From positions 366,556-430,555 of the forward strand of contig NW_019217793.1 in assembly GCF_002571385.2 (NCBI RefSeq): a DNA stretch of 64,000 nucleotides, written 5' to 3'. The notes under the pieces were generated by a model. That model did no database searches and was not told the DNA's origin. It saw nothing but the letters and a program-made list of their open reading frames with translations. The position numbers were made by a program, and so were the translations under genes. Numbering within the stretch: the first letter of the stretch is position 1; every line of letters starts with the position of its first letter. Source of the DNA: Stylophora pistillata (taxonomy: Eukaryota). Positions 1 through 12,800 of this stretch are shown here, in pieces.

Positions 1-182
1 GGTCTTAAAATAGAATGGCCAAACGTTCAGTAGCTATGTCTAAATGACAACGCTTTTAAAAGATACAGGAAAGGATGTCTACATCGCCTGGAGCTTTACA
101 AAGGAGTCAGCAATTTAGTTATAGGAAATTTACTTCAAATTGAATATCTTTTTAACCGTTCACACCTTAGCATATGTAGATT

Positions 183-708
183 TAACAATTATTCGGCGAA
201 GGCGAGGCGAATATCGTCGAATAATCACCGAGACGAACTCGAGGGGATTATTCGACATTAGTATATATTAAAACAGTGGGTAGCGTTTAGAGCGTGCTCT
301 GATTGGCTGGTGAAACTCCGAATATCCTTTGCTATTTACCTCCGAGCAACTCGGGAAAAAATGGCGTCCCGGTTTGTATCCGTGACAAGCGAAGAAATCA
401 CTCAAATCAATTTTTGGTGGTGTATATTATCTCTGTTTTAGTATATACTAAAACAACTATTCACCTCCAGTTCGGTGAGTAGTTGTTAAATATTCATCGA
501 ACCTGAGGCGAATAATTGTTTTAGTATCATTTCAGAGCTGAACAACAGAGAAGATTCTAAAATCATAACATTTTAGTAACATTTATTAACATTTTATTTT
601 AACATTTTATTTAAACCGCATGGAGCGGTTTATATAGCGTCATATAAAGAACCGCTCGACCAATCAGATTGCTGGAAACTCTTTGCTCAGCTCTGAAATT
701 ATACTAAA
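183..708. mobile_element. Nested hairpin-type non-autonomous elements (possibly Crypton-derived)
   Basis: The outer element has inverted arms aacaattattcg...cgaataattgtt and atttcagagctga...tcagctctgaaat. It is interrupted at ~258-490 by a second element with tagtatata ends, a CTGATTGG motif and its own hairpin (aacaactattcacc...ggtgagtagttgtt). Confidence 0.6.
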
Positions 709-885
709 TCCGGATGTGTGTGTGTTTCGCAATACTGGACAAGTCGGAGATGCTCTGAAGCGCGTTATCAAAAATTCAATATAGCCAACATGACGAACTG
801 TCGACAGTACATATGGCCCAGAATTGGAGCTGGAAAGAATTTGTCGCTTTTAGGGGTCGACCATTTAACTTTTGAGGGGGGGGGG

Positions 886-1086
886 NNNNNNNNNNNNNNN
901 NNNNNNNNNNNNNNNNNNNNNNNNNNNNNNNNNNNNNNNNNNNNNNNNNNNNNNNNNNNNNNNNNNNNNNNNNNNNNNNNNNNNNNNNNNNNNNNNNNNN
1001 NNNNNNNNNNNNNNNNNNNNNNNNNNNNNNNNNNNNNNNNNNNNNNNNNNNNNNNNNNNNNNNNNNNNNNNNNNNNNNNNNNNNNN
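886..1086. other. Assembly gap (201 N)
   Basis: N run flanked by poly-G and (AAT)n. Confidence 0.99.
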
Positions 1087-1087
1087 T

Positions 1088-1486
1088 TTAATAATAATAA
1101 TAATATAATATAGATCGATTTCTATAGCGCATTTCCATGTAAATGCTCTAATGCGCTTTACAACATTGTGCGAGGGACTTTTCCAGACTGCCGGAGGCAG
1201 TTTACAATTAATAAAGGAGAAATTTTACAGATGCCCCCTCCCCCCATTCCCAGTAAACAGGCCAGACCACATCACAGTAATCTCGTGATGTGGGTTCTTT
1301 AACGTCCCCTGCCGAAATTAACTAATTGATAGGTGCAGGAGACGGGACCTCCGGCTTTACGTCCTATCCGAGGAGACAAAGCAACGTGAGTGAAGCGTCT
1401 TGCTTAAGGACACAACGTCAAGCCCCAGCCAGGACTTGAACCCGGGCCATCTGACCCACAGTCCAGCGCACTGACCAGTGGACTAC
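1088..1486 (-). mobile_element. tRNA-derived SINE (Nin/Deu-like central domain, L2-like tail, (ATT)n end)
   Basis: The reverse strand has an A-box-like start, B box GGTTCAAGTCC, GGGGACGTTAAAGAACCCAC core and TGTAAAGCGC...GCGCTATAG tail. Other copies lie at 53500-53835 (+) and, head only, 47785-47925 (+). Confidence 0.8.
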
Positions 1487-3833
1487 TCATGATGGCTAAA
1501 ACACTCAAACAGCCAATAGACTATCCGGTAGTTTTGGTTGGATCTTATTCAGAACGGTGCGTGACTAGTCTCATGTGTATTTTTGAAAATTTGCTAACGC
1601 GTAGCTTTATCCAAGTAACGGAATTGATTCGACAAAAAAAAATTATTTCTTTTGTTTATCGTGGACTGGATTACTGGATCAGATAACGGATCTGACCTTG
1701 TCTCAAAGGTTCGCACTGAATCTGTGACAGGGAAGGAATTGATTTTATCGATGTCTTATTTCTTTGTTGTGGAAAAGGTTGTTTGATCGGATCATGAATT
1801 CAAACCTCATAAGTGGCGACTTTTTGTTGCTTTGAAAAAAAATAAAAAACTACTCTTTCGCCTTCGGAACGTATGAATATTTCTTGAGGAGCATAACCAA
1901 AGTTTTGCCAAAACAACTATAAACAACCAAATCCATCTTAAATCCTTTATTACAAATATACCATATACCTCTTCAGTAATACTCAGTCAAAAAATGGAGA
2001 AATGGAAGCTTTTAAATCATTACCAGTGGACTCCACATGTTACTTCGCTTACACAATTTTCTCAAAAGATAAGTTTTCCCCTGCACAGAACATGTATCTA
2101 CACCATTTTCAGCTGAAGAAATTGTTTTCCCTTAGGTACTGAAACGCGAAAGCGACGCTTGCTAAAGTCTCAATAAAGCTCTTAAGACTTCAACAGTGTC
2201 ATTTGCAATTACAAAGTATTGGGTGGTTCTATAATCAAAGTGGTACCATGATCTTAGTAAACAATCGTCTCTAAAATATTCCTCTATTTGCTCTTTGTGG
2301 CGTTGGCAACGTGGCGCACTAGGCTGACCTATCTTTAAAACAGATCGTTAAAACGCAAAGCGTAAATTGAATCCTTGTTGTCCTAAATACCCAAGGTTTG
2401 AGCCTGGGAAGTAAATTTAGAGATAGTATTTCACTAGTATGTGGCCTCTTATGACGTAAAATGATGTCTCAGTAATAATTGGTATATTCTGTCTTTATCT
2501 TGCTAATAACGTCACATATATTTAATGCCTAGGAGCTGTTTCGTTACTAAAGTACAGTACCAAAAATAAAATACAGAAAGCAATAATGCGGATCAATAAC
2601 TTAAATAAACGTCACCTTCCCTTAAAGTTTTATTAAAAGAACTTAAATCCTGTCGAAATCTGAAGAATAATCTTACTTGGCCTGAACTGGAATCCCAAAA
2701 AAAACCAAACACTTCAATTCGTCCATTGCCTTGTGCTAGACATATGTGACCCATTAAATCATTTACAATAAAAATATTAACCTTTAAAAACTATTAAAGG
2801 GAGAAAAATAAATATCTAAGCTTCCATGCAGCATAGAAACTAAATAAGAAAAATCATATTCTTTGTCAAAGCAAAACTGCCCGAAACAAATCCTAGCTTT
2901 CGGAGTCTCAAAATGCGGGCATAATTTACATTCTAGCGATTGGCAATAAATTTTAAAGCAGTGAGTTATGTAAACGACGCCATAGCGACATTATATGCCA
3001 TGGAAAATGGTGGATATTCCGGGAATGGACCCCTATTCATGCCTCCTAATCACTTTCACGATTTAAAGAATATTTCTTTAGCAAATGCTATCCCTTCCAG
3101 TTTCTAATAAATTTGTTTGTAATAGATAGGTATTAAAAAAGCACTTGAAAAAAAAAATTAGCATTAACGAAGCAACATTTGTTAAGAAAGAGCTGCTAGT
3201 TTTTGTAAATTTTAAACAAATATTTGAAACATTTTCGTGGCGCATTAACCCTTTTTCTCCGTGAATTGAAACTTGTTGTTACTGACCGTCAAAAATTATC
3301 GAATTTGATTCTCTAATTTTTCCAAACGCGTTTCTCTATGTCACCAAGCTGTTGTTGATAAGGTAAATTATTACTCAAATATTATCGCTTTGAGGATCAA
3401 CGCTGCTACTTCTAGTTGTTTAAACACCTTCACAGTTGTTTGAACAAAACAATATAAAAAAAGACTTCCCTCCCAGCCTGTTGTTAAAGGAATTGATTAT
3501 AAATGCGAGGACCTTAAGCCGTTTCACTAGAAGTATTCGATCTTCTTTGAGGTGGATTCTACCCCCTAAGACGTATTTTATCATTAGGAGTTTGGCCAAT
3601 TTACCTTAACAACCGCAGGTTGACATTAACAAACATCTAATCTAATTCTTGGCTATAGCCCAGCATTTTCTTAACAAACAACACCTCTATCCATTTCATT
3701 TCCCTATTCGTCACACATTTTGGACAATTAACCCTTAGCGGGGTACATTCGAGATCCAAATTTTTATACCCTACAATAGTACATTTACCCTTTTACTCGA
3801 GTGATTCTTTCATAAACCTTTCATAAATATCTT

Positions 3834-6800
3834 TTAGAGCTCCGAAGTTTTGCTAGTACCTTTGTGACGACCACCACTTTTTGAACTGTTTCCACTTCGT
3901 GTAAATTCCATTCGTTGCTCTTTAAACTCCTCTGTAGAAAGGTGGGTGCCAACTGTTTGGAATCGGGACGAGGAGGACTGTAATGGTTTGCGTTCAACGT
4001 GGAGTTGTACCGGCTCGAATTGTAATTTCTCCTCCGCCTCTACTTTCACGCGAATGGGGCTCGCTGAGCCGTGAGAAGTTTCAACCTGTGAAATGACAGT
4101 TTCATTGCTCGCTCGCTCTTCAGTTGTCTCGATGACATTTCGTGGGGACTGCACCCGAAATGGTGACAAAGATGGGGAGGAAGAAGTGGACGTGGACATG
4201 GAACTTGTCTGTAATTGAGTGATTTTAGTCATGACTGATTTGCTCGTGGATGTGAAAGTATGGCTTCTAGTGTCTGCAACATTTAACGTTGTAGGCTGGC
4301 TGGATGCTTTTGTATGTTCTAGAAAGACGTTTACTTTAGGGCTGATACTCGATTCCAGGTGCTGTATCTTAGTAGGGCTGCTGGGTGGAGTAAAATTAGT
4401 TTCACCGTTATTACTTACAAGAGTAATCGAGGGATCTCCAGCTCCTGGATCCAAGTGGACACCGTGGCTTGGGCTGACACTTCTTTGGATTCTTGTTATC
4501 TTGGTCATGACAGTACTGCTACTCTGCTCACTGCTATCGGTGGTGTCCCTGGTTCTTGTTTCAAATGGACTTCTGACTTTAACCATCCGTTTGGGACTCA
4601 TCTCGTAGTTAGAAATCTCTACAGGTCTTGTCTTTTCCTTGACGTCAACCATAAATTCTGTGTGGCCGAAAGCGGAAGACGAAGACTGTATGGATTCCTG
4701 TGGAACAACTACCTCTCTGGTTACTGTAACTCCTTTTGGGGGCATGATGTAGGATGTAGTGTAATGTGGCTCGACCTCTCTCTCCGGCCTAGGAAGTCCC
4801 TTTAGCCTAAAAATCTCCTGGTTCAACTCTTCGATTTCCTTGATGTAGCCGTTGCACTCGAGGATCTTCGCCTCAAACTCGCGTTGCAAAGAGGTAATAT
4901 CTGTCTCGAAAGTTGTCTTTACACTCCTTATCTGGATCTCCTTGTCTTTCTTCTCATCCTCTAAAAATCCTTCCAGTTTCAACACTCGGCTGTTCCGGTG
5001 GTTAAGTTCGATGTCTATCTCCGCCAATTTTTGATTTAATATCTCGATCTCACGGATGTAGCCATCACATTCTACCTGTTTATTGTTAACTTCACGCTTC
5101 AGCTTTTCTAACTCTTGTTCGTTGGTGCTGTTGAGTGTGCGTAATCGTTCAATCAAGGTCTCTTTCTCGATTACTTCTGTTTTGTACACTTCAATTTTGC
5201 TTTCGATTTCTGTGATCTTTATAAGCAGAACATTTGTCTCGCTTTCTGTTAGATTCTTATCGGCCCGCGCCTCATCCATTTGTTTCACTAGAACATCAAA
5301 TTTACCTCGTATAGTTGACAGTTGCGCGTCGAGGTCGTATTTTTCTTGATTGAGCTTTTCGATCTCACAGATGTAGCCCTCGCACTCCACTTCTTTGGTA
5401 TCAAGATCACGTCTGAGCCTATCAAGTTCACCATCATTGTTTGAAATCTGGATGCGAAGCTTTTCGATGACCGTTTCCTTTTCGATGATTTCTGTTTTGT
5501 ATTCTTCAATGCGAGTTTGAATCTCAATAATTTGTTCGTGCATAACGCTAGCTTCATTCTCTCCCTTGCTTCTCAGATCATCCACGTGAGCGACCACAAC
5601 TTCTTTCTCCTTTCGTAGCTCGGTTATATGGATCTCAAGCTTGTTAATTGTGCTGCGAAGCGAATTAATCTCCACTAACTGCTCAGACTTTTCATGCTTG
5701 AGCTGGTCAATGTCGTGCATGTGTCTCTCGCTTTCGTTTTTCTTGGATAAGAGATCCCTTTTAAGTCGATCGACCTCCTGTTCATAGCTTTTGGTTTGGA
5801 ATCGGAACTTTTCTAGGATGGTTTCCTTCTCGAGGATTTCTTTCTTGTAGCTCTCGACCCTTGTCTGAATCTCGGTGACTTGTTCACTCATAAACTTGGC
5901 GTCTGTCTCCCCCTTAGCCGTGGAGTCCATGAGTTGTCTCTCAACTCCTTCTCTAGCGACCTTTTCTTTTTGTACATCACCTTCCAAGATGATAACCTTC
6001 TCCCGAAGCGACATTATTTCTACAGTCAACTCAGCTTTCTCCTTATTGATCTGCTCAAGTTTCTCTATAGAAATCTTGAACTCTCCGTCCTTTGAAAGCA
6101 GGTCTCTCCTCGTTACCTCCAGCTCATACTTCAAGTGTTCAATTTCGTCTTCCTTGATACTGATCTCTCTCTTAGCGTTGTCTAGCTTGGTCTGCAGCTC
6201 AGTTACGAATTTTGGATGGCCAGTTGATTCTTTGTCTCCGCGGGTCTTTGCTTCAATTAGCTGTGTTTGAAGATGAGATTTTTCTGCTCGCTCAGTGTCA
6301 ATCTGGATTGTGAGCTTGGAAGTCTTATTTCTCAGCGCGAGCAGCTCCACCTCCATATCTGCCTTTTCTTTCTTGGTGTCCTCCAAATCTTTGCAGTAGT
6401 CATCGCAGTCGTTCTCTTTCGTCTCCAATTTAGTCTTAGTGAGGTGAAGCTTGTGTTCTGTTTGCGACATTCGATCCTTGAGATCTCGAATAACCGTTTC
6501 CTTTTCAATAATCTCCCGCTTGCAAATTTCCACTTGTTTCTGAGCATCTTTGACTTGGTTCTTTAGATCGTTACTCTCATTGGTTCCTTTGCTCACGATC
6601 TCATTAATGTTGTGTTTTAGCTCATTTTTGTCTTTTTCGTGCTCTTCCAGAAGGATCTCGAAGTTTCGTATTTGCCCACGGAGTGTGCTTATTTCGATTT
6701 CCATATCTGCTTTTTGCTGGTTACTTTCGTCGAGATCTTTGATGTAATCTTCCCATTCCAAGTGCTTGTTCTGTAGATCTCTGCGAACTTTGTGGATTTC

Positions 6801-9800
6801 GTCCTCTAGATCGCTGTACTTACTTTGCATCTCTTTGATGACACGCTCTTTGTCCACAATTTCCTTACGAAAGGTTTCAATCTCGATTCTAAGCTCATTT
6901 ACACGCTCCCCGAAATCTCTTGATTGGCTGTCACCCATGTTTTTGTAGTCTGCAAGCTGGGCTCTCAAGTTCTCCTGTATCTTCCTGTCCTCCTCAATTT
7001 GAACCTGCAATTTCTTCACCTTTGTTCTCAGAGAAATTATCTCGTTCTCTAGATCAGACTTCCCCTGTTGGGACAGCTTGCTCGAGTCTTTCTCAGATTC
7101 TAGTTGGACTTCAAGTTCCGCTAGTTTATTGAGGAGTTCCTTATTTTCATCTTGAAGGTGTTCGTAGTCTAACTCTACCTTTGAAATCCTAGTTTGATAT
7201 TCTACGACTTCTCGTTTGAGAGTTATAACTTTCTCCTCAAGCACTCGGTTTGAACCTTGTAGCCCACTGTTCCTCTCCCTCTCGGTCTCTAATTCATGTT
7301 CCATCGTAGACACCTTCTTCAAAGCCGCTAGAAGTTCCAGCTGCAGTTGGGCTTCCCGCTCCTGGAGCTTCTTAACATCGGCTTCCATATTGGAAAATAT
7401 CTGTTCTGAGGATACTTCAGTTACATTCTCTTTCTGACTTTCCAACACCAGATCGTGAAGCTTTCTTTGCATAGATTCAACTTCTTTTATTAAAACGTCC
7501 CTTTCCTCTCCCCATTCCAATTGATCTTTTTGCAGGTCTTCAAAGCGACGATTTAGAGCTTGTAGCTCAACCGTAACCTTTTTGTTTTCAGCCGTTAAGT
7601 TCTGTATCTCCTGAGTTTTCTCAGCTAAAAGCTTTTGTAGTTCAAGGACTTTGTCTTGAAGTTTGCGTCTTTCTTGCTTCACCTCTTCTAGGGAATTCTC
7701 CAATCCACTCACTTTATCACGCAAGACGTTATTTTCTCGTTTGAGTGTATCTCGCTCTATCCTGATCGTTTCATACTCTGCACTCATATCCAACGAGAAC
7801 ATGTCCGGAGCTGCTTCCACAGTTGAAACACTTTGAACGGCAATGGTCTCTTCACGCGAAATTTTAAGCTCATCGTAGAGCTTTTGTAGAGAGGCAAGGT
7901 CCATTTTGAGCCTCTCGTTTTCGTCTCGTAATATTCGAACGTTGCCTTCTACCTCAGTGTACTGAATTTGAAGCTTCTGCAGTTCAAACTTGGTGTCTCG
8001 TTGTTCCATGATAGTTTTTTCTAGTTCTGTTCGAACACGATCTATTTCTTCCTTCGACTCAGCTCTTTCCACTTCTAAGTATTCGTTTTCTTCTTGCAGT
8101 CTGTTTATGATTGCCTTGTATTCAACCAACTTTCGTATCTGCTCTTCATAATAATTTTGCTGCTGTATGAGTTTCTTCTGCAGGTTGTTGATATCCTCTC
8201 TGAGTGTGTCATTCCGGGCTTTTATCTGATCGAGAGATCCCTTTAGCTGTGCATTCTCCTTCATCTGGTTCTGTTGCTCCTCTTCTAGAGAGATTATCTT
8301 GCTCTCCAACGTCTTCACAATTCGCTGAAGCTCTATCTTAGCGTTATTAGCAGACTTGTAAGCTGATTCCCAGTCGGCCATCTTCTTAAGTGCCTCTAAG
8401 AGCTCTTTCTGTTGGGCACTCAGTTGATCTTGACTTGCTTGTAACATAGTCTCAGCCTGAGCAGTCTTCTGTTGACTAGCCAGGAGGTCTTCCTGCAAAT
8501 CTTTGAACTTTTCTTCTAAAGACGTTTTATAGGCTTCCAAACGAAACACTTTGTTCTTAGAGGACTGAAGCTCTTGTTCCGAAGTGACCAATTTCTTGCG
8601 CAATGTTTTGTAGTCTCCTTCGTCCACTACATCTCGTCCATGAAGCTCTGAAAGGCTGTCTTCGAGATCAGATATCCTTTTTATCTTCAAAGATAGCTCA
8701 TGCTCCAAAGACTGGATTATTCGACTGGAATCTCCTTGCTCCAGTTCAAGTTTGGATATTTTTCTTCTCCCATCAAGGTACCTTCTCTCTGCGTCTTCTT
8801 TCTCGTTCAAAACCCTCTGGTACGACTCCTCCAAGTCCTTTAGTCGCTTCAGTGTTGCTGCGTCTGTTGGTTTCTTGTCTCTCTTGTCTAACTGTGTTGT
8901 TTGTATGTTGACGTATTTCTTGTTAATCAAGGTGACGTCAGTTTGCAGTCGATCTCGATCAGACTGGAGAGCATTGAGGCGAGCTCTCAACTCAGAGTTC
9001 TCATTCTTTAAATCCATTATTTCTTTCTTCAAACGGTCTTTTTCGTCTTCCACAGTTTTATTTCGAGCCTCGAGGGATGTTAGTTTTCGGTTGAGGGAAA
9101 GGATATCGCTCTGGAGTCTGTCAACTTCTCTTCTGTTATTCGCTAAGTTTGTCTTATACTCATTGAAAGTTGTCAATAGCGTTGTCTTTTCTTGCTTGAG
9201 TTTGTTTTTCTCGTTATCGGAGAGGTCCAAGCTGTGTTGTAGACTATCGATTTTGGACTCGAGCTCTTGCACTTTCAATGTGAGAACTGTTACTTCGTTT
9301 TGAGCTTTGTCATAATCTTCCCTGAAGGTTGCTATCTTCCTTTTCAGGTTTGTCACTTCTTGCTCCAAATTCTTGGTCGTAGATTGGTACCATTCAAGTT
9401 GCTTGTTCTTATCTTCTATAGTCTTGTCAAAATTATCCACAGTGACTCTGAGCTCAGAAATCTCTCTCTGAAGAGTAGCGTTCTCGTTTCGCTGCTTATC
9501 CAACACCCCCCTCACTTTCTCTAACTCTCCAAGCAGACTGTTTTTGTCCACGTTAAACCGATGGATATCACCTTCCAGTACGCTTATTCTTTTCTGGTCT
9601 TTTATTAATTCACGATTGAGGTCTTCGTTTTCGTGATCAAGAGCTTTAATTTTCATCTCAAGCTCTGTCATCTGCTTCCTCAGTGAGAAATTTTCCTTCT
9701 CCAAATCATCCTTCCTTCTTTGAGTTTTGTCTAGTGTTGTTTTGTTAGTTGCTATTTCTTGCCTGAGTATGTGAACCTCTTTTTGAAGCGAGTCTCTCTC

Positions 9801-12800
9801 TGACTTGATGCTGTCTTTGGGCTGAGCATCGGTGTTGTCACCTCGGGTCACCCACTCCTGGAGCTGACGTTCAGCGTTCAGCAGCTGTGTCTCATTCTGA
9901 GAAACAATGGTGACATGTTCCTCCAACTGTACCTCCATCGCCGCTCTTTCCTTGTTCGCGACGTCAAGGTCCTTCTTCAGTCGTGAAATCTCCTTGGTTT
10001 TCTCCTCCATTTCTTTGGTCACAACCATCAGTTCTCTTACTGAACGGTCGCGGTCATTCACGAGATCGGTAATCTCCTCTTTCAAGGAAGTCACGTCCTG
10101 CTCCAACACCATTATTCTCTCGCTTTGAATCTCGTTTGTTGATTCCAATTTTGAAAGCTGGGCGTGGTAGTTCTTTACTTTGTCGAGCAGATCCCTCTCT
10201 TTCTCTTTATAAGCACTTATCTCACTTTCAGCGTCGACGAGACGCCTTTGCAAATCATCCACTTCGGCCGTGAGCCTTCTAACTTCTCCCTTACTGGTTT
10301 CAAATGTCTCTTCCATCAAAGTAGTTTTTTCGTGTATAAGCTTGTAGTTGTTCTCGACATCACCCTTGTCTCTCAAAACGACATTATGATCATTCTGTAA
10401 CGCTCGCAGTGCTTTCCTCAACTCGTCTATTTCAACCTCTAAGGTCTTCTTAATATCCCTTAGTTGTTTAATGAGCTTGTTTTTGTCTTCCATATCTTTC
10501 TCTAAGTAGTCATATTTAGATTGAAGTTCGCTTACGGTCTTTTGTTGAATCATGTTTTCCTCTCGACTTTCATTCAGCGATTCCCTCAGCTCGGCGATCT
10601 TTTCTTTATTGGCTTCATCAGACCGAGTAACTTGCGCTAGCTGCTCCTCTAGGGAAGCGAACTTCTTTAGTTGGTTATCAAAATCGCTTTGAAGGCGCTC
10701 TTTCTCCAGCGTCAATTTTCGAACGTCGCCATGAAGCTCATTGATGTCTTTATTGAGTTCGATATTTTCTGCTTGTAAGTTGCTAACTTCGTCCTTGAGC
10801 TTTTCAAAGTCTTCCTCAGTGGCCTTTAGAATACCCTTCACACTCTCTAACTGGTCTTCTAGATAATTTCTCGCCGACTCTAGTTGCCTAATTAGGTTTT
10901 CTTTCTCGTTCATCCTGTCTTGAGCGGTCTCTGCCATCAACTTCAATTCAACCAGCTGTTGTTCTTGCTTTAGGTAATCTTCTCGACTCACCCCAGAAGA
11001 TCTCTGAAGTGCGCCCTCTAGCTGTTTCTTTAAAGAAGTGATTTCCTTGTCATCGTACTCGGACTTCAGTTCTAACTCTGATACTCTGGTATTGGCACTT
11101 ACAAGTTCTTCTTTCAAATCAGATTTTTCTCGATCGATTCTCTCTCGCATTTTCTTTAGCTCATTCACTGTCCTCTGGAGTTGGGAAGTCTCGTGCTCCA
11201 GGTCAAACACGCGCTTCTGTGAGTTCTTAAAATCCGTTTCAATCTTCAGGATCTTTGTATTACAGACTTCCACCTCACTTCTCAGGTCAGCTTCACGTCC
11301 TTGGGTGGTTTTGAACAAGTTTTCAACCTCGAATATTTTATCATCGTAGTTTTTACGTTCCTTTTCGTCTAGTTCACCGTTTCTTCCCAGTGTTGTTATG
11401 GTAACCTCCAGCTTTGAGATGTTCACGTTCGCTTGTTGAACCTGGCCTTGTAAATCTCTGATCCTCTCTTGACTGGAAATCCGAGTGGTCTCGAGTTCCC
11501 TCTTTAGATCTGCTAGTTCGTCGGTGAGATTCTTCTTGGAATTATTGAGAGTCTCTACTAAACTGGATTTTTCCTGAATTTCTTTAACGTGGCTGTTTAC
11601 GAGTCTGTCTTTTTCTACTAAATCGTTCCGTACACTGAGAAGTTCCTCTTTCACTTTGCGGTGCTCGTCTCGAACGTTATCGCCATCTGCTTTGTAATGA
11701 TCTCTCTCTTTGGTTACGCTAGTGAGCTGAGTTTCAAGGAGAGTGATCGTGTGATCTTTTGAACTAAACTCGCGTGAAAGCTCTTGGCGATTTTCTTTCA
11801 GTTTCCTAGTTTCCAATTCCATTTCGTCCAACCTTGCTTGCAAGTCTGCAATCCTTTTCAAAAGTTCCTGCTTTTCGGTCCGATGTATGTCACTTGTTGC
11901 AGTGTTCTTGTTTAGTTGTCGTTTGGTTCTTTCAAGTTCGTCTTGAAGTTGTCTAATCTTGTTATTCAGCTCATCGATTGTCTTGTCCTTTTTCCCGATA
12001 ATGGTGTTAAGGGTTTCGCCAAACTTCTCGTGCTGCACTGACTTGCTTTCTATTTGAATGAAGCGCTCTTGGCCCTCGAGAATCTTCTTGTTGGCAGCGT
12101 CTAGTTGTTCTCGTAGTTGGGCTATTTGTCTACGGCGGGTCTCAAGTTGGGTTTCATGTTTTGATACCTTATTTTGGAGAATGTACAACTCCTTTTCAGC
12201 TCTATCTTTTTCATCTCTGGCGGCATCGAGGTCTTTTTCCACTTCCTTTAACTTGCTCTCTGTCGCCAACAGTTTTTGGTAGTCTTTGTTCTTCTCCTCC
12301 GTGATTTTCTCAATCTCGATATTAAGTGTGAGCATTTTTTCCTCAGCAACGTCCATGTCATTCTCTAACTTGTCAATCTCCCTTTGTCTGTTGTCAAGTT
12401 GGTTTTCCGACGATCTTACTTTGTCTGTGAGTTCTCTTATTTTCTTCTCAAGTTCTGCATTTTTCGCTTTTTCGTCTTCTAGAAGAGCCCCAGAATCTTT
12501 ACCAAGTTCCTCGAATTGCATGTATGTGGACTCTAGGTTTGAAACTTTGCTTTGGATCACTTCGAAGTCGGTCTGAAGCAGCTGCTTACTTTGAGTCTCA
12601 GAGTCGTAGAGAGAAGACAACCGAGAGATTTCTTCTTTGGCGGCATCAAGCTCTTTCTGGAGTCTCTTGATTTCGTCTTTGAAAGTGTCATTCTCTGCTT
12701 TATGTCGGTTTGCTTCGGTGAGGATTTCATCCTTGCCAGCGGCTAAACTAGCCAATTCTGTTCGTAGTCGTTCTATCCTATAGTCTCTGTCCGAAATCTC

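Noticed and set aside
718-1113. ORFs spanning the N run
   Set aside because: Artefacts of the assembly gap.
1420-1486. tRNA-like A/B boxes
   Set aside because: SINE head; no full cloverleaf, and it continues into SINE body and tail.
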